Source: Eledone cirrhosa (Eukaryota). From it: a stretch of DNA of 64,000 nt. The notes under the pieces are model-generated. The model worked only from the letters and a program-made list of their open reading frames with translations. It was not told the origin of the DNA and ran no database searches. Below are positions 15,001 to 20,917 of this stretch, piece after piece. Location: contig OZ024740.1 of the NCBI GenBank assembly GCA_964016885.1, forward strand, positions 290,408,001 to 290,472,000. Reading direction: 5' to 3'. The position numbers and the translations under genes are program-made. The first letter of the stretch is position 1; every line of letters starts with the position of its first letter.

Positions 15001-18000
15001 TGGAGTTGTTGATGTTGTCATTGATATTGCTGTTATTACTGATGTTATTAGTCTTGCTTCTGTTGTTGGAGTTGTTGATGTTGTCATTGATATTGTTGTT
15101 ATTACTGTTGTTGTTACTCTTACTTCTGCTGTTGGTGTTGTTGATGTTGTCATTGATATTGCTGTTATTACTGATGTTATTACTCTTTCTTCTGATGTTG
15201 GAGTTGTTGATGTTGTCATTGATATTGCTGTTATTACTGTTGTTGTTACTCTTACTTCTGCTGTTGGTGTTGTTGATGTTGTCATTGATATTGCTGTTAT
15301 TACTGATGTTATTACTCTTGCTTCTGATGTTGGAGTTCTTGATGTTGTTATTGATATTGCTGTCATTGCTGTTGTTGTTACTCTTCCTTCTGTTGTTGGA
15401 GTTGTTGATGTTGTCATTGATATTGCTGTTATTACTGTTGTTGTTACTCTTGCTTCTGTTGTTGGAGTTGTTGATGTTGTCATTGATATTGCTGTTATTA
15501 CTGTTGTTGTTACTCTTCCTTCTGTTGTTGGAGTTGTTGATGTTGTCATTGATATTGCTGTTATTGCTGTTGTTCTTACTCTTGCTTCTGTTGTTGGAGT
15601 TGTTGATGTTGTCATTGATATTGCTGTTATTACTGTTATTGTTACTCTTCCTTCTGTTGTTGGAGTTGTTGATGTTGTCATTGATATTGCTGTTATTACT
15701 GATGTTGTTACTCTTCCTTCTGTTGTTGGAGTTGTTGATGTTGTCATTGATATTGCTGATATTACTGTTGTTGTTACTCTTCCTTCTGCTGTTGGAGTTG
15801 TTGATGTTGTCATTGATATTGCTGTTATTACTGTTGTTGTTACTCTTCCTTCTGTTGTTGGAGTTGTTGATGTTGTCATTGATATTGCTGTTATTACTGT
15901 TGTTGTTACTCTTGCTTCTGTGGGTGGAGTTGTTGATGTTGTCATTGATATTGCTGTTATTACTGTTGTTGTTACTCTTCCTTCTGTTGTTGGAGATGTT
16001 GATGTTGTCATTGATATTGCTGTTATTACTGTTATTGTTACTCTTCCTTCTGTTGTTGGAGTTGTTGATGTTGTCATTGATATTGCTGTTATTACTGTTG
16101 TTGTTACTCTTGCTTCTGTTGTTGGAGTTGTTGATGTTGTCATTGATATTGTTGTTATTACTGTTGTTGTTACTCTTACTTCTGCTGTTGGTGTTGTTGA
16201 TGTTGTCATTGATATTGCTGTTATTACTGATGTTATTACTCTTGCTTCTGATGTTGGAGTTCTTGATGTTGTCATTGATATTGCTGTCATTGCTGTTGTT
16301 GTTACTCTTCCTTCTGTTGTTGGAGTTGTTGATGTTGTCAGTGATATTGCTGTTATTACTGATGTTATTACTCTTGCTTCTGTTGTTGGAGTTGTTGATG
16401 TTGTCATTGATATTGCTGTTATTACTGTTGTTGTTACTCTTGCTTCTGTTGTTGGAGTTGTTGATGTTGTCATTGATATTGCTGTTATTACTGATGTTAT
16501 TACTCTTGCTTCTGTTGTTGGAGTTGTTGATGTTGTCATTGATATTGCTGTTATTACTGTTGTTCTTACCCTTGCTTCTGTTGTTGGAGTTGTTGATGTT
16601 GTCATTGATATTGCTGTTATTACTGATGTTATTACTCTTGCTTCTGTTGTTGGAGTTGTTGATGTTGTCATTGATATTGCTGTTATTACTGATGTTATTA
16701 GTCTTGCTTCTGTTGTTGGAGTTGTTGATGTTGTCATTGATATTGTTGTTATTACTGTTGTTGTTACTCTTACTTCTGCTGTTGGTGTTGTTGATGTTGT
16801 CATTGATATTGCTGTTATTACTGATGTTATTACTCTTTCTTCTGATGTTGGAGTTGTTGATGTTGTCATTGATATTGCTGTTATTACTGTTGTTGTTACT
16901 CTTACTTCTGCTGTTGGTGTTGTTGATGTTGTCATTGATATTGTTGTTATTACTGATGTTATTACTCTTGCTTCTGATGTTGGAGTTCTTGATGTTGTTA
17001 TTGATATTGCTGTCATTGCTGTTGTTGTTACTCTTCCTTCTGTTGTTGGAGTTGTTGATGTTGTCATTGATATTGCTGTTATTACTGTTGTTGTTACTCT
17101 TGCTTCTGTTGTTGGAGTTGTTGATGTTGTCATTGATATTGCTGTTATTACTGTTGTTGTTACTCTTCCTTCTGTTGTTGGAGTTGTTGATGTTGTCATT
17201 GATATTGCTGATATTACTGTTGTTGTTACTCTTGCTTCTGTTGGTGGAGTTGTTGATGTTGTCATTGATATTGCTGTTATTGCTGTTGTTCTTACTCTTG
17301 CTTCTGTTGTTGGAGTTGTTGATGTTGTCATTGATATTGCTGTTATTACTGTTATTGTTACTCTTCCTTCTGTTGTTGGAGTTGTTGATGTTGTCATTGA
17401 TATTGCTGTTATTACTGATGTTGTTACTCTTCCTTCTGTTGTTGGAGTTGTTGATGTTGTCATTGATATTGCTGATATTACTGTTGTTGTTACTCTTCCT
17501 TCTGCTGTTGGAGTTGTTGATGTTGTCATTGATATTGCTGTTATTACTGTTGTTGTTACTCTTCCTTCTGTTGTTGGAGTTGTTGATGTTATCATTGATA
17601 TTGCTGTTATTACTGTTGTTGTTACTCTTGCTTCTGTGGGTGGAGTTGTTGATGTTGTCATTGATATTGCTGTTATTACTGTTGTTGTTACTCTTCCTTC
17701 TGTTGTTGGAGTTGTTGATGTTGTCATTGATATTGCTGTTATTGCTGTTGTTCTTACTCTTGCTTCTGTTGTTGGAGTTGTTGATGTTGTCATTGATATT
17801 GCTGTTATTACTGTTATTGTTACTCTTCCTTCTGTTGTTGGAGTTGTTGATGTTGTCATTGATATTGCTGTTATTACTGTTGTTGTTACTCTTGCTTCTG
17901 TTGTTGGAGTTGTTGATGTTGTCATTGATATTGTTGTAATTACTGTTGTTGTTACTCTTACTTCTGCTGTTGGTGTTGTTGATGTTGTCATTGATATTGC

Positions 18001-19509
18001 TGTTATTACTGATGTTATTACTCTTGCTTCTGATGTTGGAGTTCTTGATGTTGTCATTGATATTGCTGTCATTGCTGTTGTTGTTACTCTTCCTTCTGTT
18101 GTTGGAGTTGTTGATGTTGTCAGTGATATTGCTGTTATTACTGTTATTGTTACTCTTGCTTCTGTTGTTGGAGTTGTTGATGTTGTCATTGATATTGCTG
18201 TTATTACTGTTGTTGTTACTCTTGCTTCTGTTGGTGGAGTTGTTGATGTTGTCATTGATATTGCTGTTATTACTGTTGTTGTTACTCTTGCTTCTGTTGG
18301 TGGAGTTGTTGATGTTGTCATTGATATTGCTGTTATTACTGTTGTTGTTACTCTTGCTTCTGTTGTTGGAGTTGTTGATGTTGTCATTGATATTGCTGTT
18401 ATTACTGTTGTTGTTACTCTTCCTTCTGTTGTTGGAGTTGTTGATGTTGTCATTGATATTGCTGTTATTGCTGTTGTTCTTACTCTTGCTTCTGTTGTTG
18501 TAGTTGTTGATGTTGTCATTGATATTGCTGTTATTACTGTTGTTGTTACTCTTGCTTCTGTTGTTGGAGTTGTTGATGTTGTCATTGATATTGCTGTTAT
18601 TATAGTTGTTGTTACCATTGCTTCTGTTGTTGGAGTTGTTGATGTTGTCATTGATATTGCTGTTATTACTGTTGTTCTTACAAATGCTTCTGAAGTTGGA
18701 GATTTTGATGTTGTCATTGATATTGCTGTTATTACTGATGTTATTACTCTTGCTTCTGTTGTTGGAGTTGTTGATGTTGTCATTGTTATTGCTGTTATTA
18801 CTGTTGTTGTTACTCTGGCTTCTGTTGTCGGAGTTGTTGATGTTGTCATTGATATTGCTGTTATTACTGTTGTTGTTACTCTTGCTTTTGTTGTTGGAGT
18901 TGTTGATGTTGTCATTGATATTGCTGTTATTACTGTTGTTGTTACTCTTCCTTCTGTTGTTGGAGTTGTTGATGTTTTCATTGATATTGCTGTTATTACT
19001 GTTGTTGTTACTCTTCCTTCTGTTGTTGGAGTTGTTGATGTTGTCATTGATATTGCTGTTATTACTGTTGTTGTTACTCTTCCTTCTGTTGTTGTAGTTG
19101 TTGATGTTGTCATTGATATTGCTGTTATTACTGTTGTTGTTACTCTTGCTTCTGTTGTTGGAGTTGTTGATGTTGTCATTGATATTGCTGTTATTATAGT
19201 TGTTGTTACTATTGCTTCTGTTGTTGGTGTTGTTGATGTTGTCATTGATATTGCTGTTATTACAGTTGTTGTCAATCCTGCTTCTGTGGTTTGGATTGTT
19301 GATGTTTTCATTGTTATTGCACTTATTACTGTTGTTGTTACTCTTCCTTCTGTTGTTGGAGTTGTTGATGTTGTCATTGATATTGCTGTTATTGCTGTTG
19401 TTCTTACTCTTGCTTCTGTTGTTGGAGTTGTTGATGTTGTCATTGATATTGCTGTTATTACTGTTGTTGTTACTCTTGCTTCTGTTGTTGGAGTTGTTGA
19501 TGTTGTCAT
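1..19509 (-). CDS. Putative mucin-like PTS (Thr/Ser/Pro-rich) tandem-repeat coding segment, 3'-partial, at least 6503 codons
   Basis: The minus-strand frame from ATG at 19509 (CAT 19507-19509) translates as repeats of TPTTEARVTTTVITAISMTTST. A stop in this frame would require a TAx or CAx codon in the + strand Val frame, and the supplied 6346-aa translation shows no Y, H or Q, so the frame is open to base 1. The indels I found in this span are all 3 bp. No signal peptide, Cys-rich or other unique domain is visible, so coding status is inferred. Confidence 0.5.
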   Translation of the reverse strand, partial: MTTSTTPTTEARVTTTVITAISMTTSTTPTTEARVRTTAITAISMTTSTTPTTEGRVTTTVISAITMKTSTIQTTEAGLTTTVITAISMTTSTTPTTEAIVTTTIITAISMTTSTTPTTEARVTTTVITAISMTTSTTTTTEGRVTTTVITAISMTTSTTPTTEGRVTTTVITAISMKTSTTPTTEGRVTTTVITAISMTTSTTPTTKARVTTTVITAISMTTSTTPTTEARVTTTVITAITMTTSTTPTTEARVITSVITAISMTTSKSPTSEAFVRTTVITAISMTTSTTPTTEAMVTTTIITAISMTTSTTPTTEARVTTTVITAISMTTSTTTTTEARVRTTAITAISMTTSTTPTTEGRVTTTVITAISMTTSTTPTTEARVTTTVITAISMTTSTTPPTEARVTTTVITAISMTTSTTPPTEARVTTTVITAISMTTSTTPTTEARVTITVITAISLTTSTTPTTEGRVTTTAMTAISMTTSRTPTSEARVITSVITAISMTTSTTPTAEVRVTTTVITTISMTTSTTPTTEARVTTTVITAISMTTSTTPTTEGRVTITVITAISMTTSTTPTTEARVRTTAITAISMTTSTTPTTEGRVTTTVITAISMTTSTTPPTEARVTTTVITAISMITSTTPTTEGRVTTTVITAISMTTSTTPTAEGRVTTTVISAISMTTSTTPTTEGRVTTSVITAISMTTSTTPTTEGRVTITVITAISMTTSTTPTTEARVRTTAITAISMTTSTTPPTEARVTTTVISAISMTTSTTPTTEGRVTTTVITAISMTTSTTPTTEARVTTTVITAISMTTSTTPTTEGRVTTTAMTAISITTSRTPTSEARVITSVITTISMTTSTTPTAEVRVTTTVITAISMTTSTTPTSEERVITSVITAISMTTSTTPTAEVRVTTTVITTISMTTSTTPTTEARLITSVITAISMTTSTTPTTEARVITSVITAISMTTSTTPTTEARVRTTVITAISMTTSTTPTTEARVITSVITAISMTTSTTPTTEARVTTTVITAISMTTSTTPTTEARVITSVITAISLTTSTTPTTEGRVTTTAMTAISMTTSRTPTSEARVITSVITAISMTTSTTPTAEVRVTTTVITTISMTTSTTPTTEARVTTTVITAISMTTSTTPTTEGRVTITVITAISMTTSTSPTTEGRVTTTVITAISMTTSTTPPTEARVTTTVITAISMTTSTTPTTEGRVTTTVITAISMTTSTTPTAEGRVTTTVISAISMTTSTTPTTEGRVTTSVITAISMTTSTTPTTEGRVTITVITAISMTTSTTPTTEARVRTTAITAISMTTSTTPTTEGRVTTTVITAISMTTSTTPTTEARVTTTVITAISMTTSTTPTTEGRVTTTAMTAISITTSRTPTSEARVITSVITAISMTTSTTPTAEVRVTTTVITAISMTTSTTPTSEERVITSVITAISMTTSTTPTAEVRVTTTVITTISMTTSTTPTTEARLITSVITAISMTTSTTPTTEARVITSVITAISMTTSTTPTTEARVRTTVITAISMTTSTTPTTEARVITSVITAISMTTSTTPTTEARVTTTVITAISMTTSTTPTTEARVITSVITAISMTTSTTPTTEARVTTTEITALSMTTSTTPTTEARVITSVITAISMTTSTTPTTEARVITSVITAISMTTSTTPPTEARVTTTVITAISMTTSTTPTTEARVTTTVITAISMTTSTAPTAEGRVTTKLISAISMTTSTTPTTEGRVTTTVITAISVTTSTTPTTEGRVTITVITAISMTTSTTPTTEARVRTTAITAISMTTSTTPTTEGRVTTTVITAISMTTSTTPPTEARVTTTVITAISMTTSTTPTTEGRVTTTVITAISMTTSTTPTAEGRVTTTVISAISMTTSTTPTTEGRVTTSVITAISMTTSTTPTTEGRVTITVITAISMTTSTTPTTEARVRTTAITAISMTTSTTPTTEGRVTTTVITAISMTTSTTPTAEVRVTTTVITTISMTTSTTPTTEARLITSVITAISMTTSTTPTTEARVITSVITAISMTTSTTPTTEARVRTTVITAISMTTSTTPTTEARVITSVITAISMTTSTTPTTEARVTTTVITAISMTTSTTPTTEARVITSVITAISMTTSTTPTTEARVTTTEITAISMTTSTTPTTEARVITSVITAISMTTSTTPPTEARVTITVITAISLTTSTTPTTEGRVTTTVITAISMTTSTTPTTEGRVTTTVITAISMTTSTTPTTEGRVTTTVITIISMTTSTTPTTEGRVTTTVITIISMTTSTTPTTEGRVTTTVITAISMTTSTTPTTEGRVTTTVITAISMTTSTAPTAEGRVTTKLISAISMTTSTTPTTEGRVTITVITAISMTTSTTPTTEARVRTTAITAISMTTSTTPTTEGRVTTTVITAISMTTSTTPTAEGRVTTTAITAISMTTSTTPTTEGRVTTSVITAISMTTSTTPTTEGRVTTTVITAISMTTSTTPTTEGRVTTTVITAISMTTSTTTTEGRVTITVITAISMTTSTTPTTEARVRTTAITAISMTTSTTPTTEGRVTTTVITAISMTTSTTPPTEARVTTTVITAISMTTSTTPPTEARVTTTVITAISMTTSTTPTAEGRVTTTVITAISMTTSTTPTAEGRVTTTVISAISMTPSTTPTTEGRVTTSVITAISMTTSTTPTTEGRVTTTVITAISMTTSTTTTEGRVTITVITAISMTTSTTPTTEGRVTTTVITAISMTTSTTPTTEARVRTTAITIISMTTSTTPTTEGRVTTTVITAISMTTSTTTTTEGRVTTTVITAISMTTSTAPTTEGRVTTTVITAISMTTSTTPTTEARVRTTAITIISMTTSTTPTTEGRVTTTVITAISMTTSTTTTTEGRVTTTVITAISMTTSTAPTTEGRVTTTVITAISMTTSTTPTTEGRVTITVITAISMTTSTTPTTKARVTTTVITAISMITSTTPPTEARVTTTVITAISMTTSTTPPREARVTTTVISAISMTTSTTPPTEARVTTTVITAISMTTSTTPPTEARVTTTVISAISMTTSTTPTTEARVTTTVITAISMTTSTAPTAEGRVTTKLISAISMTTSTTPTTEGRVTTTVITAISMTTSTTPTTEGRVTITVITAISMTTSTTPTTEARVRTTAITAISMTTSTTPTTEGRVTTTVITAISMTTTTTPPTEARVTTTVITAISMTTSTTPTTEGRVTTTVITAISMTTSTTPTAEGRVTTTVISAISMTTSTTPTTEGRVTTSVITAISMTTSTTPTTEGRVTITVITAISMTTSTTPTTEARVRTTAITAISMTTSTTPTTEGRVTTTVITAISMTTSTTPTTEGRVTTTVITAISMTTSTTPPTEARVTTTVITAISMTTSTTTTTEGRVTTTAITAISMTTSTTPTTEARLITSVITAISMTSTTPTTEARVITSVITAISMTTSTTPTTEARVRTTVITAISMTTSTTPTTEARVITSVITAISMTTSTTPTTEARVTTTVITAISMTTSTTPTTEARVITSVITAISMTTSTTPTTEARVTTTEITAISMTTSTTPTTEARVITSVITAISMTTSTTPTTEARVITSVITAISMTTSTTPPTEARVTTTVITAISMTTSTTPTTEGRVTTTAMTAISMTTSRTPTSEARVITSVITAISMTTSTTPTAEVRVTTTVITAISMTTSTTPTSEERVITSVITAISMTTSTTPTAEVRVTTTVITAISMTTSTAPTAEGRVTTKLISAISMTTSTTPTTEGRVTTNVITAISMTTSTTPTTEGRVTITVITAISMTTSTTPTTEARVRTTAITAISMTTSTTPTTEGRVTTTVITAISMTTSTTPSTEARVTTTVITAISMTTSTTPTTEGRVTTTVITAISMTTSTTPTAEGRVTTTVISAISMTTSTTPTTEARVRTTAITAISMTTSTNPTTEGRVTTTVITAISMTTSTTPTAEVRVTTTVITTISMTTSTTPTTEARLITSVITAISMTTSTTPTTEARVITSVITAISMTTSTTPTTEARVRTTVITAISMTTSTTPTTEARVITSVITAISMTTSTTPTTEGRVTTTVITAISMTTSTTPTAEGRVTTTVISAISMTTSTTPTTEGRVTTSVITAISMTTSTTPTTEGRVTITVITAISMTTSTTPTTEARVRTTAITAISMTTSTTPTTEGRVTTTVITAISMTTSTTPTTEARVTTTVITAISMTTSTTPTTEGRVTTTAMTAISMTTSRTPTSEARVITSVITAISMTTSTTPTAEVRVTTTVITAISMTTSTTPTSEERVITSVITAISMTTSTTPTAEVRVTTTVITTISMTTSTTPTTEARLITSVITAISMTTSTTPTTEARVITSVITAISMTTSTTPTTEARVRTTVITAISMTTSTTPTTEARVITSVITAISMTTSTTPTTEARVTTTVITAISMTTSTTPTTEARVITSVITAISMTTSTTPTTEARVTTTEITAISMTTSTTPTTEARVITSVITAISMTTSTTPTTEARVITSVITAISMTTSTTPPTEARVTTTVITAISMTTSTTPTTEGRVTTTVITAISMTTSTAPTAEGRVTTKLISAISMTTSTTPTTEGRVTTTVITAISMTTSTTPPTEARVLTSVITAISMTTSTTPPTEARVTTTVITAISMTTSTTPTTEGRVTTTVITAISMTTSTTPTAEGRVITTVISAISMTTSTTPTTEARVRTTAITAISMTTSTNPTTEGRVTTTVITAISMTTSTTPTAEVRVTTTVITTISMTTSTTPTTEARLITSVITAISMTTSTTPTTEARVITSVITAISMTTSTTPTTEARVRTTVITAISMTTSTTPTTEARVITSVITAISMTTSTTPTTEARVTTTVITAISMTTSTTPTTEARVITSVITAISMTTSTTPTTEARVTTTEITAISMTTSTTPTTELRVITSVITAISMTTSTTPTTEARVITSVITAISMTTSTTPPTEARVTTTVITAISMTTSTTPTTEGRVTTTVITAISMTTSTTPTAEGRVTTTVISAISMTTSTTPTTEARVRTTAITAISMTTSTNPTTEGRVTTRVITAISMTTSTTPTAEVRVTTTVITTISMTTSTTPTTEARLITSVITAISMTTSTTPTTEARVITSVITAISMTTSTTPTTEARVRTTVITAISMTTSTTPTTEARVITSVITAISMTTSTTPTTEARVTTTVITAISMTTSTTPTTEARVITSVITAISMTTSTTPTTEARVTTTEITAISMTTSTTPTTELRVITSVITAISMTTSTTPTTEARVITSVITAISMTTSTTPPTEARVTTTVITAISMTTSTTPTTEGRVTTTVITAISMTTSTAPTAEGRVTTKLISAISMTTSTTPPTEARVTTTVITAISMTTSTTPTTEGRVTTTVITAISMTTSTAPTAEGRVTTKLISAISMTTSTTPPTEARVTTTVITAISMTTSTTPTTEGRVTTTLITAISMTTSTTPTTEGRVTTTVITAISMTTSTTPTTEGRVTITVITAISMTTSTTPTTEARVRTTAITAISMTTSTTPTTEGRVTTTVITAISMTTSTTPPTEARVTTTVITAISMTTSTTPTAEGRVTTTVITAISMTTSTTPTTEGRVTITVITAISMTTSTTPTTEARVRTTAITAISMTTSTTPTTEGRVTTTVITAISMTTTTTPPTEARVTTTVITAISMTTSTTPTTEGRVTTTVITAISMTTSTTPTAEGRVTTTVISAISMTTSTTPTTEGRVTTSVITAISMTTSTTPTTEGRVTITVITAISMTTSTTPTTEARVRTTAITAISMTTSTTPTTEGRVTTTVITAISMTTSTTPTTEGRVTTTVITAISMTTSTTPPTEARVTTTVITAISMTTSTTTTTEGRVTTTAITAISMTTSTTPTTEARLITSVITAISMTSTTPTTEARVITSVITAISMTTSTTPTTEARVRTTVITAISMTTSTTPTTEARVITSVITAISMTTSTTPTTEARVTTTVITAISMTTSTTPTTEARVITSVITAISMTTSTTPTTEARVTTTEITAISMTTSTTPTTEARVITSVITAISMTTSTTPTTEARVITSVITAISMTTSTTPPTEARVTTTVITAISMTTSTTPTTEGRVTTTAMTAISMTTSRTPTSEARVITSVITAISMTTSTTPTAEVRVTTTVITAISMTTSRTPTSEARVITSVITAISMTTSTTPTAEVRVTTTVITAISMTTSTAPTAEGRVTTKLISAISMTTSTTPTTEGRVTTNVITAISMTTSTTPTTEGRVTITVITAISMTTSTTPTTEARVRTTAITAISMTTSTTPTTEGRVTTTVITAISMTTSTTPSTEARVTTTVITAISMTTSTTPTTEGRVTTTVITAISMTTSTTPTAEGRVTTTVISAISMTTSTTPTTEARVRTTAITAISMTTSTNPTTEGRVTTTVITAISMTTSTTPTAEVRVTTTVITTISMTTSTTPTTEARLITSVITAISMTTSTTPTTEARVITSV
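3480..5590. repeat. Tandem 990-bp (15-unit) higher-order duplication in the 66-bp array; boundaries approximate
   Basis: TTAGTTCT at 3711/4701 and GGATTTGTT at 4319/5309, both at offset 990 = 15x66. Confidence 0.85.
7456..10185. repeat. Higher-order copy of ~1..2730 at offset 7455 bp within the 66-bp array
   Basis: Rare variants recur at exactly +7455 (113x66-3): GTGGAT 488/7943, CpG 1591/9046, 3-bp deletion ~1760/~9215. Track ORFs 864/8319 and 1881/9336 show the same offset. Confidence 0.9.
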
Positions 19510-19513
19510 TGAT

Positions 19514-20911
19514 TTGCTGTTATTATAGTTGTTGTTACTATTGCTTCTGTTGTTGGAGTTGTTGGTTTTGTTATTGATATTGCTCTTATTGCTGTTGTTG
19601 TTACTCTTGCTTCTGTTGTTGGAGTTCTTGATGTTGTCATTGATATTGCTATTATTACTGTTGTTGTTACTCTTGCTTCTGTTGTTGGAGTTGTTGATGT
19701 TGTCATTGATATTGCTGTCATTGCTGTTGTTGTTACTCTTGCTTCTGATGTTGGAGTTCTTGATGTTGTTATTCATATTGGTGTCATTGCTTTTGTTGTT
19801 ACTCTTGCTTCTGTTGTTGGAGTTGTTGATGTTGTCATTGATATTGCTGTTATTACTGTTGTTGTTACTCTTGCTTCTTTTGTTGGAGTTGTTGCTGTTG
19901 TCATTGATATTGCTGTTATTACTCTTGTTCGTACTATTGCTTCTGTTGTTGGAGTTATTGATGTTGTCATTGATATTGCTGTTATTACTGATGTTGTTAC
20001 TATTGCTTCTGTTGTTGGAGTTGTTGATGTTGTCATTGATATTGCTGTTATTACTTTTGTTGTTACTCTTGCTTCTGTTGTTGGAGTTGTTGATGTTGTC
20101 ATTGATATTGCTGTTATTACTGTTGTTGTTACTCCTGCTTGTATTGTTGGAGTTGTTGATGTTGTCATTGATATTGCTGTAATTACTGTTGTTCTTACCC
20201 TTGCTTCTGTTGTTGGAGTTGTTGATGTTGTCATTGATATTGCTGTTATTACTGATGTTATTACTCTTGCTTCTGTTGTTGGAGTTGTTGATGTTGTCAT
20301 TGTTATTGCTGTTATTACTGTTGTTGTTACTCTTGCTTCTGTTGTTGGAGTGGTTGATGTTGTCATTGATATTGCTGTTATTACTGTTGTTCTTACAAAT
20401 GCTTCTGAAGTTGGAGATTTTGATGTTGTCATTGATATTGCTGCTATTACTGTTGTTGTTATTCTTGCTTGTATTGTTGGAGTTGTTGATGTTGTCATTG
20501 ATATTGCTGTTATTACTGTTGTTGTTACTCTGGCTTCTGTTGTTGGAGTTGTTGATGTTGTCATTGATATTGCTGTTATTGCTGTTGTTCTTACTCTTGC
20601 TTCTGTTGTTGGAGTTGTTGATGTTGTCATTGATATTGCTGTTATTGCTGTTGTTGTTACTCTTGCTTCTGTTGTTGGAGTGGTTGATGTTGTCATTGAT
20701 ATTGCTGTTATTGCTGTTGTTGTTACTCTTGCTTCTGTTGTTGGAGTTGTTGATGTTGTCATTGATATTGCTGTTATTGCTGTTGTTATTACTCTTGCTT
20801 CTGTTGTTGGTGTTGTTGATGTTGTCATTGTTATTGCTGTTATTACAGTTGTTGTCAATCCTGCTTCTGTGGTTTGGATTGTTGATGTTGTCATTGTTAT
20901 TGCACTTATTA
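19514..20911 (-). pseudogene. Degenerate or disrupted upstream part of the mucin-like repeat frame
   Basis: The same 22-aa repeat appears in track ORFs 19773..21218 and 19506..19721. It is broken by TCA(Ser)->TGA at 19773-19775 and by a 1-bp deletion (GATATTGCT->GATTTGCT) at ~19513. Units here are more divergent (e.g. TSKSPTSEAFVR, STIQTTEAGLT). Confidence 0.4.
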
Positions 20912-20917
20912 CTGTTG

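Larger units (their letters stand above)
1..20917. repeat. 66-bp tandem repeat array (VNTR/minisatellite), about 317 units, runs off the left edge
   Basis: Consensus GTTGTTGATGTTGTCATTGATATTGCTGTTATTACTGTTGTTGTTACTCTTGCTTCTGTTGTTGGA (66 nt) recurs head-to-tail with a limited set of variants (GCT/CCT/ACT, GTT/GAT/ATT/CTT). The + strand is very T/G-rich. The array ends mid-unit at ...ACTGTTG (20917). Confidence 0.99.

Noticed and set aside
488-19528. 6346-aa Val/Ile-rich + strand ORF
   Set aside because: It has a GTG start inside a repeat unit and an extremely hydrophobic composition. It is best explained as the antisense shadow of the repeat, though it is not formally excluded without expression data.
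19773-19775. In-frame TGA as selenocysteine or programmed readthrough
   Set aside because: It is a single substitution from the consensus Ser codon in a multiply mutated unit. No SECIS-like unique sequence is visible, and a frameshift follows 260 bp later.
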